Below, in pieces: positions 10,716 through 18,278 of a DNA stretch of 64,000 bases; positions within the stretch are counted from its first letter, which is position 1; the number at the start of each line of letters is the position of its first letter. The notes under the pieces are model-generated. The model worked only from the letters and a program-made list of their open reading frames with translations, had not been told where the DNA came from and did not search any database. Origin of the DNA: an uncultured Dehalococcoidia bacterium (GTDB lineage Bacteria > Chloroflexota > Dehalococcoidia > Lucifugimonadales > UBA3495); contig CAYFGT010000006.1 in NCBI GenBank assembly GCA_964343075.1, positions 2,016 through 66,015 on the forward strand, read 5' to 3'. The position numbers were made by a program, and so were the translations under genes.

Positions 10716-10876
10716 GGAGTTTTTTTTAGTGTTAGGTGAACTAACTAAGCCGCCTAAATAAATGTACAAATAGATATTTTCGTGCCTAATCTTACTCTTC
10801 AAGAAACCATTGTCAAGTAAATTAAGGTACTCCTTACAAGGTACTTATCGGGGTTTTTGCGTAAAAGTTCATTTTC

Positions 10877-11287
10877 CTAGCCTGAAATGGTTTTTTCGCC
10901 CGCCTCTTTTATGCAATTAACAATTTGTTCTGTGGCAGTCCCAGGGCCAAAAACTTCATACACTCCCATTTCTTTTAGTAAAGGTCTATCTTGCTCTGGG
11001 ATAATTCCTCCCAATACAATCATGATATCGTCTATATTCTGTTCTGTTAACAAGTCTAGGATCTCTTGCGTCATTTCTAAGTGTGCCCCAGATAATACAC
11101 TCAGGCCCAAGACTTGCACGTCTTCCTGTATGGCAGCTTTCACAATCATTTCCGGAGTCTGGCGGATACCTGTATAGATTACTTCCATTCCCGCGTCTCT
11201 CAGAGCTCGAGCTACTACCTTTGCTCCTCTATCATGGCCATCTAGACCAGGTTTGGCTACTAAAACTCGTGTATTTCTTTTCTGCAT
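10877..11287 (-). CDS. methylmalonyl-CoA mutase B12-binding (small) subunit
   Basis: 136 aa. Cobalamin-binding DxHxxG motif ([11 protein letters not shown]) followed by a Rossmann-like region. Confidence 0.9.
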   Translation of the reverse strand: MQKRNTRVLVAKPGLDGHDRGAKVVARALRDAGMEVIYTGIRQTPEMIVKAAIQEDVQVLGLSVLSGAHLEMTQEILDLLTEQNIDDIMIVLGGIIPEQDRPLLKEMGVYEVFGPGTATEQIVNCIKEAGEKTISG

Positions 11288-11310
11288 TGTTTCCCTTATC
11301 CGTATCTTAA

Positions 11311-11709
11311 TTATCTCTCTTCAAAAACTTGTTCACATGGCCACAAATAACAAAATGCAAACTCATGCTTAACTTTACCGTCAGCCTGCTTCCATGCCTG
11401 CAATATGATTTCTTCTGAATGATTTTTTAGTTCTCGTTTGGTTAAACCATATTTTAAAGTCGCTTCAGAATCACATCCAATTCCTTCGAGTTCTCCTTTT
11501 ACTCTATCTAACCTTTGTAACACTTTGATACTCAATATTTCATTATTCCTTGCGAAATTATCTTTCCATTTGTGGCCGGTCCAATGATCTGTTAGATGAT
11601 CACAAGTTAGAGACTCAAATGCAACTTGAGTCTCTGAAGTACAAGCCCATACAGTGACCAAAATAAAAGGCACTAAAGCCACCAATATCACTGTTTTGTT
11701 CTTAATCAT
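11311..11709 (-). CDS. hypothetical lipoprotein
   Basis: 132 aa. Signal peptide with a lipobox-like VWAC, then a Cys-containing soluble domain. I recognise no family. Confidence 0.5.
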   Translation of the reverse strand: MIKNKTVILVALVPFILVTVWACTSETQVAFESLTCDHLTDHWTGHKWKDNFARNNEILSIKVLQRLDRVKGELEGIGCDSEATLKYGLTKRELKNHSEEIILQAWKQADGKVKHEFAFCYLWPCEQVFEER

Positions 11710-11827
11710 TCATTTTCTCCCCAAGGTTTACAATGCCATTTACAAGGATATCACGTATTATAATCAAATTGCCCAACGTGTTATGCATCATGTCAAAAAT
11801 CCGATATAATACTACACCCTAATAGTT

Positions 11828-11903
11828 GCCCCAGTAACTCAGTGGATAGAGTGACTGCCTTCTAAGCAGTAGGTCGTAGGTTCGAATCCTACCTGGGGTA
11901 CCA
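11828..11903 (+). tRNA. tRNA-Arg (anticodon UCU), CCA encoded
   Basis: Folded by hand. Acceptor GCCCCAG/CTGGGGT, D stem ACTC/GAGT, anticodon stem ACTGC/GCAGT with loop CTTCTAA, T arm GTAGG-TTCGAAT-CCTAC, discriminator A plus CCA. Total 76 nt. Confidence 0.9.
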
Positions 11904-12034
11904 TGAACCAACACTCTCCTTTAACATTACAGCATTTTGGCCACTCAACATGATTGAAATCAGTACTTTTTAAGTTAAAAATAACTTAAATTCGTAAATC
12001 AATCATGAAATTCTCATGATTTTTGCAAGAAAAG

Positions 12035-12062
12035 TTGCAAATAATGCAAAGGGATATATAAT
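12035..12062 (+). promoter_or_regulatory. sigma70-like promoter for the zinc-ribbon gene (TTGCAA-N16-TATAAT)
   Basis: TTGCAA at 12035..12040 and a consensus TATAAT at 12057..12062, about 70 nt upstream of the GTG start. The strong GAGGAGG Shine-Dalgarno lies 7 nt before the start. Confidence 0.35.
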
Positions 12063-12131
12063 GTGAACAATAGAGGGGGCCCACGGGCAAGTTAAACTCC
12101 TCTTGTACAATCAACCCGAGGAGGTCGACAG

Positions 12132-12413
12132 GTGGCACTGTCAGATAAAACATTACAATGCTCAGACTGTGGAGCAGATTTCATATTTACAGTAGGTGAG
12201 CAAGAGTTCTTTAATTCGAGAGGGTTCGTAAATGAACCAAAACGATGTCAGCCTTGTAGGAGCCAACGAAGATCTGAACAAAGATCTAGTGGTCCCCGCG
12301 AGTTGTTCGACATTGTATGTGCCGAATGCGGTGTAGAAGCACAAGTGCCTTTCAAACCAAGAGGTGATAGGCCAGTGTACTGCAGCGATTGCTTTAGCAA
12401 CAACCGAGAATAA
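12132..12413 (+). CDS. small zinc-ribbon protein with duplicated CxxC...CxxC modules
   Basis: 93 aa with a GTG start. LQCSDCGADFIFTVGEQEFF...PKRCQPCR, then a second module CAECG...PVYCSDCF. This resembles the zf-trcl style zinc-ribbon family as I remember it. Confidence 0.7.
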   Translation: MALSDKTLQCSDCGADFIFTVGEQEFFNSRGFVNEPKRCQPCRSQRRSEQRSSGPRELFDIVCAECGVEAQVPFKPRGDRPVYCSDCFSNNRE

Positions 12414-12441
12414 TTCAAGATAAACTCTAAACACAATACGG

Positions 12442-12471
12442 CTTTTAGCACTAAGTACTTAGTGCTAAAAG
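12442..12471 (+). terminator. perfect 30-nt palindrome (13-bp stem, GTAC centre) downstream of the zinc-ribbon gene
   Basis: CTTTTAGCACTAAGTACTTAGTGCTAAAAG is its own reverse complement and starts 29 nt after the stop codon. There is no clean U-tract, so the terminator role is tentative. Confidence 0.4.
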
Positions 12472-12588
12472 TTAAACTACAAGATTGATATTTCCCTCCA
12501 GTAACGTGTCTGCGTCTTAAAACTCCACGTAGACGCCCGCTTCTAGAATGTAATACCATATAATCAGACAAGCTGAAGATATGCGTAA

Positions 12589-14031
12589 ATGAAATACTCA
12601 AACCTTAATGACTATATTCTTGCGTTAGAGAAACACGGCCTACTAAAAAGGATCAGCACCGAAGTCTCAACAGACTTAGAAATAACAGAGATTACAGACC
12701 GAGTTATGACTGATAACGGTCCTGCGTTGCTATTTGAGAATGTAACTGGACACAACATCCCTGTACTCACCAATCTTTTCGGATCCCATCAAAAGATGGC
12801 TTTAGCACTTGGAGTAGATGATGTTAATGAAATAGCTGACAGGATATCTAACTTATTAGGGACAGTTCAAAACCCTCCTAAGACTCTGATATCAAAGCTT
12901 AAACTGTTAGGAGACATGATAAATATCGGCAGGCTCTCACCCAAAACCGTTAAAAAAGCCCCTTGCCAAGACGTAGTGATATCAGGTGATGATGTTAATT
13001 TGCTCAATTTTCCTATACTAAAAAATTGGCCCCTGGATGGCGGGAAATTTATAACCTTGCCTCTTGTGATTACCCAAGATCCCAACAAGTCATCTCAGAA
13101 TTATGGGATTTACCGAATGCAAATCTATGACAAAAACACAACGGGGCTACACTGGCAAACCCATAAAGGAGGCGCTGAACATTATCGCAATACTATTGAA
13201 AAACTGCCTGTATCTGTAGCCATTGGAGCAGATCCTACAACAATTTGGTCCGGATCTGCTCCACTCCCTCCTGATGTTGATGAGATGCTTTTAGCAGGAT
13301 TCATAAGACAGAATCCTGTGGAATTAGTCAAATGTATATCTAATGATTTAAAAGTTCCTGCTAATTCTGAAATAGTGCTAGAAGGATACGTACTAAAAGA
13401 TGAAAGTAGAGTGGAAGGCCCATTTGGGGATCACACAGGATATTACTCAGAAGCTTCTGAGTATCCTGTGTTCCATGTTACCACTATCACTCACAGAGCT
13501 AATCCAATTTACCCGTCTGCATTAGTAGGCAAACCTCCCAAAGAGGACTACTGGATGGGTAAAGTTACCGAAAGAGTCTTCCTGCCTTTAATAAAGTTAA
13601 CCATCCCTGAAATCGTCGATATCAATATGCCTGCAGAGGGGATTTTTCACAATATGTTGATAGTGTCAATTGCCAAGAAATACCCAGGACAAGCCTATAA
13701 AGTGATGAACGGTCTCTGGGGAATGGGTTTATTAAGCCTAACCAAAACGATTATAGTAGTGGACGAATTCGTTGATATTCATAACCTTTCTGAGTTGGCT
13801 TGGAGAGTACTATGCAACGTAAATTACGCTACAGATATGTTGGTTAGCAAGGGACCGTTGGACGATTTAGATCATTCCAACCCATCTAGCAAATTCGGAG
13901 CAAAACTCGGTGTCGATGCTACCCGAAAGATCGCAGGAGAAGGGTACACTTCACACTGGCCGGATGACGTTGATATGAGTGAAGATATAAAACAACTTGT
14001 AGATTCGAAATGGGAGGACTATGGGTTTTAA
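12589..14031 (+). CDS. UbiD-family prenylated-FMN-dependent decarboxylase (menaquinone-type)
   Basis: 480 aa with a full-length UbiD pattern. First gene of a UbiD-UbiA-UbiX-UbiE run. Confidence 0.9.
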   Translation: MKYSNLNDYILALEKHGLLKRISTEVSTDLEITEITDRVMTDNGPALLFENVTGHNIPVLTNLFGSHQKMALALGVDDVNEIADRISNLLGTVQNPPKTLISKLKLLGDMINIGRLSPKTVKKAPCQDVVISGDDVNLLNFPILKNWPLDGGKFITLPLVITQDPNKSSQNYGIYRMQIYDKNTTGLHWQTHKGGAEHYRNTIEKLPVSVAIGADPTTIWSGSAPLPPDVDEMLLAGFIRQNPVELVKCISNDLKVPANSEIVLEGYVLKDESRVEGPFGDHTGYYSEASEYPVFHVTTITHRANPIYPSALVGKPPKEDYWMGKVTERVFLPLIKLTIPEIVDINMPAEGIFHNMLIVSIAKKYPGQAYKVMNGLWGMGLLSLTKTIIVVDEFVDIHNLSELAWRVLCNVNYATDMLVSKGPLDDLDHSNPSSKFGAKLGVDATRKIAGEGYTSHWPDDVDMSEDIKQLVDSKWEDYGF

Positions 14032-14904
14032 ATGACAAAGCGAATATATTTCATACATAAATTCCCAGTATACATGTCCTCAATACGGATTTGGGAATCT
14101 CTGTTCGCTCTTCCTTTCGCATTCCTAGCTATGATCTTAGCTTCCGAAGGCTGGCCAACTATAAACGATCTGATCTGGGTAACTATTGCAATGATAACTG
14201 CTCGAACTTTTGCAATGTCGATGAACAGACTCGCTAATGAAAAAGAAGATTCCCAAAATCCGAGAACCATGAATCGACACTTACAATCTGGCTTGCTAAA
14301 CCACAGAGATATGTGGACATTAATCATACCTAGTGCTATATTTTTTCTATTAGCAGCTTATATGCTCAATATATTTGTCTTCTTTTTAGCACCTTTAGCA
14401 TTAGCCTATATAGCGTTTTATTCGTTTTCTAAATATATAACATGGCTTTGCAATATCATATTAGGATCTTCATTAGCTATAGCGCCAATTGGAGCATGGT
14501 TTGGAGTAACAGGGGTTTTTAGTTTTACAGCTTTGATACTAGGTTTGGCAGTTACTTTATGGGCGAGCGGATTCGATATAATTTATGCATGCCTAGATTA
14601 TGAATTTGATACAAGGTATGGAATCAATTCTATACCCGCTAAGTTTGGCGTTTCTAAAGCCTTAGGAATGGTAAAACTACTTCATGGAGGAGCAATTCTG
14701 ACCTTATTAATGCTGGGAATCATCATGGATTTGAATATCTTATATTTTATTGGATGTAGCATTGCCAGCATACTATTAGCTTATGAAAACATGCTAGTAA
14801 AGCCCCATGATCTGTCCAAAGTCAATATAGCGTTCTTCCGAATCAACGGACTTATATCTTTGGTACTATTAATCTTCACTGGAATTAGCGTGATAATCAT
14901 ATGA
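14032..14904 (+). CDS. UbiA-family aromatic polyprenyltransferase
   Basis: 290 aa, polytopic membrane protein. Asp-rich motifs (NRLANEKED, DIIYACLDYEFD). The ATG directly follows the ubiD stop. Confidence 0.85.
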   Translation: MTKRIYFIHKFPVYMSSIRIWESLFALPFAFLAMILASEGWPTINDLIWVTIAMITARTFAMSMNRLANEKEDSQNPRTMNRHLQSGLLNHRDMWTLIIPSAIFFLLAAYMLNIFVFFLAPLALAYIAFYSFSKYITWLCNIILGSSLAIAPIGAWFGVTGVFSFTALILGLAVTLWASGFDIIYACLDYEFDTRYGINSIPAKFGVSKALGMVKLLHGGAILTLLMLGIIMDLNILYFIGCSIASILLAYENMLVKPHDLSKVNIAFFRINGLISLVLLIFTGISVIII

Positions 14905-15503
14905 CAAGCCAAGAGCCTTACCCATACATAATTGGTATATCAGGTGCGAGTGGCGCAATCATATCTAAAAAGATTGTTAGCGAACTGCTTACTAGAGATC
15001 TTGAAGTAGTAACAATATTCTCTAACGCTTCCAAATTAGTGTGGGATCAAGAGCTTGACTCCTCATATCAAACAGACATTATCGAGTGGTCTGAATATCC
15101 AAATTATAAGAATTATGCAGTAGGTGACTTAACTGCACCAATTGCAAGCGGTAGTTATCACACCAATGGAATGATAATAGTCCCATGCAGCATGAATAGC
15201 GTTGCGAGTTTGGCAAATGGGATCACCAATAATTTACTACTCCGGGCTGCAGACGTGTGCCTGAAAGAAAATAGACCACTGACAATCATACCAAGAGAAA
15301 CTCCATTACACGCTATTCATTTGAACAATTTAGCGAAACTTGCCAGCATGGGCGCCACTATAATGCCAACAGACCCACCTTTTTATCTTAATCTTAAAAC
15401 AACAGACCAAATAGTGGACTATTTCGTTGGAAAAGTTTTAATTCAACTAGGTATTGAAACCGAATTACCAGAACGTTTTAGATATCAAGGAAGGCCTGAA
15501 TAG
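14901..15503 (+). CDS. ubiX: flavin prenyltransferase UbiX
   Basis: 200 aa. GISGASGA N-terminal motif of flavoprotein-family UbiX/Pad1. ATGA overlap with ubiA. Confidence 0.9.
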   Translation: MTSQEPYPYIIGISGASGAIISKKIVSELLTRDLEVVTIFSNASKLVWDQELDSSYQTDIIEWSEYPNYKNYAVGDLTAPIASGSYHTNGMIIVPCSMNSVASLANGITNNLLLRAADVCLKENRPLTIIPRETPLHAIHLNNLAKLASMGATIMPTDPPFYLNLKTTDQIVDYFVGKVLIQLGIETELPERFRYQGRPE

Positions 15504-16213
15504 TGCCGTCAAATCAACGAACAGAACCCGAGCAGTCTTATGTCAATAATGTCTTCCGCAATATCACTAACCATTATGACCGCATGAATACCATAATGAC
15601 GTTTGGAATGCACCATTTATGGAAAACCAAACTCATAAAACTGGTATCCTCAGATCATCCCACTATTTGTGTTGATATAGCTACAGGAACCGGAGACATT
15701 GCTCATAAATTATCTAACATACCATCTGTAAAACATGTGTTAGGCACGGACATATTACCTTCCATGCTGACATTAGCTAAGAATAAAAAGCAACAGAACA
15801 CTAAAAATTCCTACTTCACAAGCACCGCTGTTAAGCTACCTATTAAGTCCAATGTAGCGGACGTAGTCACAGCAGGATTCAGTTTGCGTAATATGCCTGA
15901 CCTAGAAAAATCCATCTCTGAAATGACGCGAATTACAAAACCCGGAGGCGTAGTTTCCACTTTAGAATTAACCCCATATAAATCTCAAATAGTCGGGAAA
16001 TTGATAGGAATATATTTCCATAAAATCGTTCCTATAATAGGGTCATTAGTAAGCAATAATCGGACCGCATACACTTACTTACCACAATCGGTAGATAATT
16101 TCATTGATGCTGAGGAGTTAAAAGCTCTTTTCGAAAAATGTGGTTTGCAAAATGTAAAGTATTCCAAATTAGGCCTAGGAACGATAGCGATACACACAGG
16201 AATAAAGTCTTAA
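15503..16213 (+). CDS. demethylmenaquinone/ubiquinone C-methyltransferase (UbiE/MenG)
   Basis: 236 aa with a GTG start overlapping the ubiX stop by 1 nt. VF..I...YDRMN..MTFGMHHLWK plus the SAM motif DIATGTGD. Confidence 0.85.
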   Translation: MPSNQRTEPEQSYVNNVFRNITNHYDRMNTIMTFGMHHLWKTKLIKLVSSDHPTICVDIATGTGDIAHKLSNIPSVKHVLGTDILPSMLTLAKNKKQQNTKNSYFTSTAVKLPIKSNVADVVTAGFSLRNMPDLEKSISEMTRITKPGGVVSTLELTPYKSQIVGKLIGIYFHKIVPIIGSLVSNNRTAYTYLPQSVDNFIDAEELKALFEKCGLQNVKYSKLGLGTIAIHTGIKS

Positions 16214-16305
16214 TTTTTCCATTCATACAACCTAGATATAACATTGTATATGGATATACATTAAGATAGAATCTATTCTATTCAATTATCACGAAGTGGT
16301 CAGCT

Positions 16306-17385
16306 ATGCCTTCAATATTCGACAAACTTGAAATTATATTGCGCCGTAATGATGAGATAGAAACTCTGATGGCAACGCCTGAAGTAGCTTCTGATTTCAA
16401 CAAGATCCAAGCGTTGGCCAAAGAACGGTCGTCAATTGAGAATTTGGTCAGTATTGGGCGCACCTACGAAGAGCTTGTCACCGAAAAAAATGATTTAGAA
16501 GAATTGGCCAAAGATTCGTCTGACACTGAATTGAGTAATATGGCTAAACAAGAACTATCAAATATCTCTGACCAAATTAAGCATCTAGCTAACGATTTGG
16601 AAGTTGCATTATTACCCAAAGATCCTAACGATGAGCGCGATGTCATAGTTGAAATCCGAGCAGGAACAGGCGGTAGAGAAGCAACATTGTTCGCTGCCGA
16701 CCTATTCAGAACTTACACAAAATACGCACAACTGCATGGATGGAAAACTGAAATCATGGATTCCCATAATGCGGACTTAGGAGGCTACAACAAGATCGTT
16801 TTCGACATCCACGGGCAAGGTGTATACAGCAAATTAAAATTTGAGAAAGGCGTACACAGGGTTCAACGTATACCTGAAACTGAAACCCAAGGCAGAATAC
16901 ACACATCTACTGCAACCGTTGCTGTACTGCCAGAAGCAGATGATGTTGAGGTTAATATACATCAAGATGACTTAAGAATAGACATATTCCACTCTGGTGG
17001 ACACGGAGGGCAAAATGTTAACAAAGTAGCAACCGCTGTACGTATAGTCCATAACCCGACTGGGATAGTGGTAGTATGCCAAGACGAAAGATCACAATAC
17101 AAAAACAAAACGAAAGCTATGTCCATGCTCCGAGCAAAAATATATGAAGTTGAGCAGCAACGACATAGCGATGAAATCAGCCAAAATCGACGAGAACAAG
17201 TCGGTAGTGCAGAAAGATCGGAAAAAATTAGAACCTACAATTTCCCTCAAGATCGCATAACAGATCACAGAATATCTTCGAGTTTCTATGGAGTGAGCAA
17301 AATCTTAGACGGGAACCTAGACGAAATTATAACTTCACTCATGGACTGGGAACGAGCAACTTTAATGGAAGAAGTGAAAGCCTAA
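16306..17385 (+). CDS. prfA: peptide chain release factor 1
   Basis: 359 aa. GGQ motif (SGGHGGQNVNKV) and a PxT-type anticodon tripeptide region (RIPETETQGRIHTS). Confidence 0.95.
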   Translation: MPSIFDKLEIILRRNDEIETLMATPEVASDFNKIQALAKERSSIENLVSIGRTYEELVTEKNDLEELAKDSSDTELSNMAKQELSNISDQIKHLANDLEVALLPKDPNDERDVIVEIRAGTGGREATLFAADLFRTYTKYAQLHGWKTEIMDSHNADLGGYNKIVFDIHGQGVYSKLKFEKGVHRVQRIPETETQGRIHTSTATVAVLPEADDVEVNIHQDDLRIDIFHSGGHGGQNVNKVATAVRIVHNPTGIVVVCQDERSQYKNKTKAMSMLRAKIYEVEQQRHSDEISQNRREQVGSAERSEKIRTYNFPQDRITDHRISSSFYGVSKILDGNLDEIITSLMDWERATLMEEVKA

Positions 17386-17486
17386 TCATACAACAATTAA
17401 CACCATCCAAATTACGCACTTATATCGCAAGGAAACTATCGGTAGCCGGAATTACTGAAAGTGATTTAGAGGCCGATATTATAATT

Positions 17487-18254
17487 ATGGAATCCCTGGA
17501 TATCAGTAAAGTCGATCTTCTAACTGCAACACACTTACACATAAATTCACACCAGTCAAAATATATAGACACCTTACTCAACCGCAGGATAAAACGAGAG
17601 CCCCTAGCTTATATTCTGGGGCATCACTATTTCTTTGGATTAGACTTTCACGTGAATAGTAGTACTTTGATCCCTCGACCTGAAACTGAATTGCTAGTGG
17701 AGCAAGTTTTGTTGCTAGCCGACGAGCGACCCAATCTTTCAATAGCGGACATTGGAACAGGAAGCGGTATCATAGGTATATCACTTGCACTGCATTTACC
17801 CACATCCAAAATATATGCAACAGACTTATCCAAACAAGCCATACAAACGGCTCAAACGAATGCTAAATATCACAAAGTAACAAACAACATCACGTTCAGA
17901 ATCGGTGATCTGTTCGCCAATACCTCCGACACATTCGATATTATTGTGTCTAACTTGCCTTATATCCCATCCGAGCGAATTCCAACTTTAGATAAGGAAC
18001 TATCCTGGGAACCAATTCTAGCCCTCGATGGTGGTATTGATGGGACACAAATAATATCGAACTTAATCTCTAGAAGTAGACCGCACATCAATCCTAATTC
18101 GGTAATATTGCTTGAAATTGATAACTCTCATGGTCATATAGTACGAGAACTGGCACACAAAGTGTTCCCGGCGAGCAATATACAAATTAAGCAAGATTTA
18201 CAAGGATTTGATAGGATACTAATTATCAAGCCCAATAAAGAAACCGAATCGTAA
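17487..18254 (+). CDS. prmC: release-factor glutamine methyltransferase PrmC (listed ATG; true start probably upstream)
   Basis: SAM motif DIGTGSGI and a catalytic motif reading NLPY instead of NPPY. The N-terminal helical domain continues in frame upstream of the ATG (see findings). Confidence 0.8.
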   Translation: MESLDISKVDLLTATHLHINSHQSKYIDTLLNRRIKREPLAYILGHHYFFGLDFHVNSSTLIPRPETELLVEQVLLLADERPNLSIADIGTGSGIIGISLALHLPTSKIYATDLSKQAIQTAQTNAKYHKVTNNITFRIGDLFANTSDTFDIIVSNLPYIPSERIPTLDKELSWEPILALDGGIDGTQIISNLISRSRPHINPNSVILLEIDNSHGHIVRELAHKVFPASNIQIKQDLQGFDRILIIKPNKETES

Positions 18255-18278
18255 TATTTGATATGAAGGGAGATTGTT

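Noticed and set aside
11828-11903. tRNA-Arg could be an integration hotspot for a genomic island.
   Set aside because: The flanking genes are a lipoprotein gene and a zinc-ribbon gene followed by core quinone biosynthesis. There is no integrase, and I noticed no repeat of the tRNA 3' end nearby.
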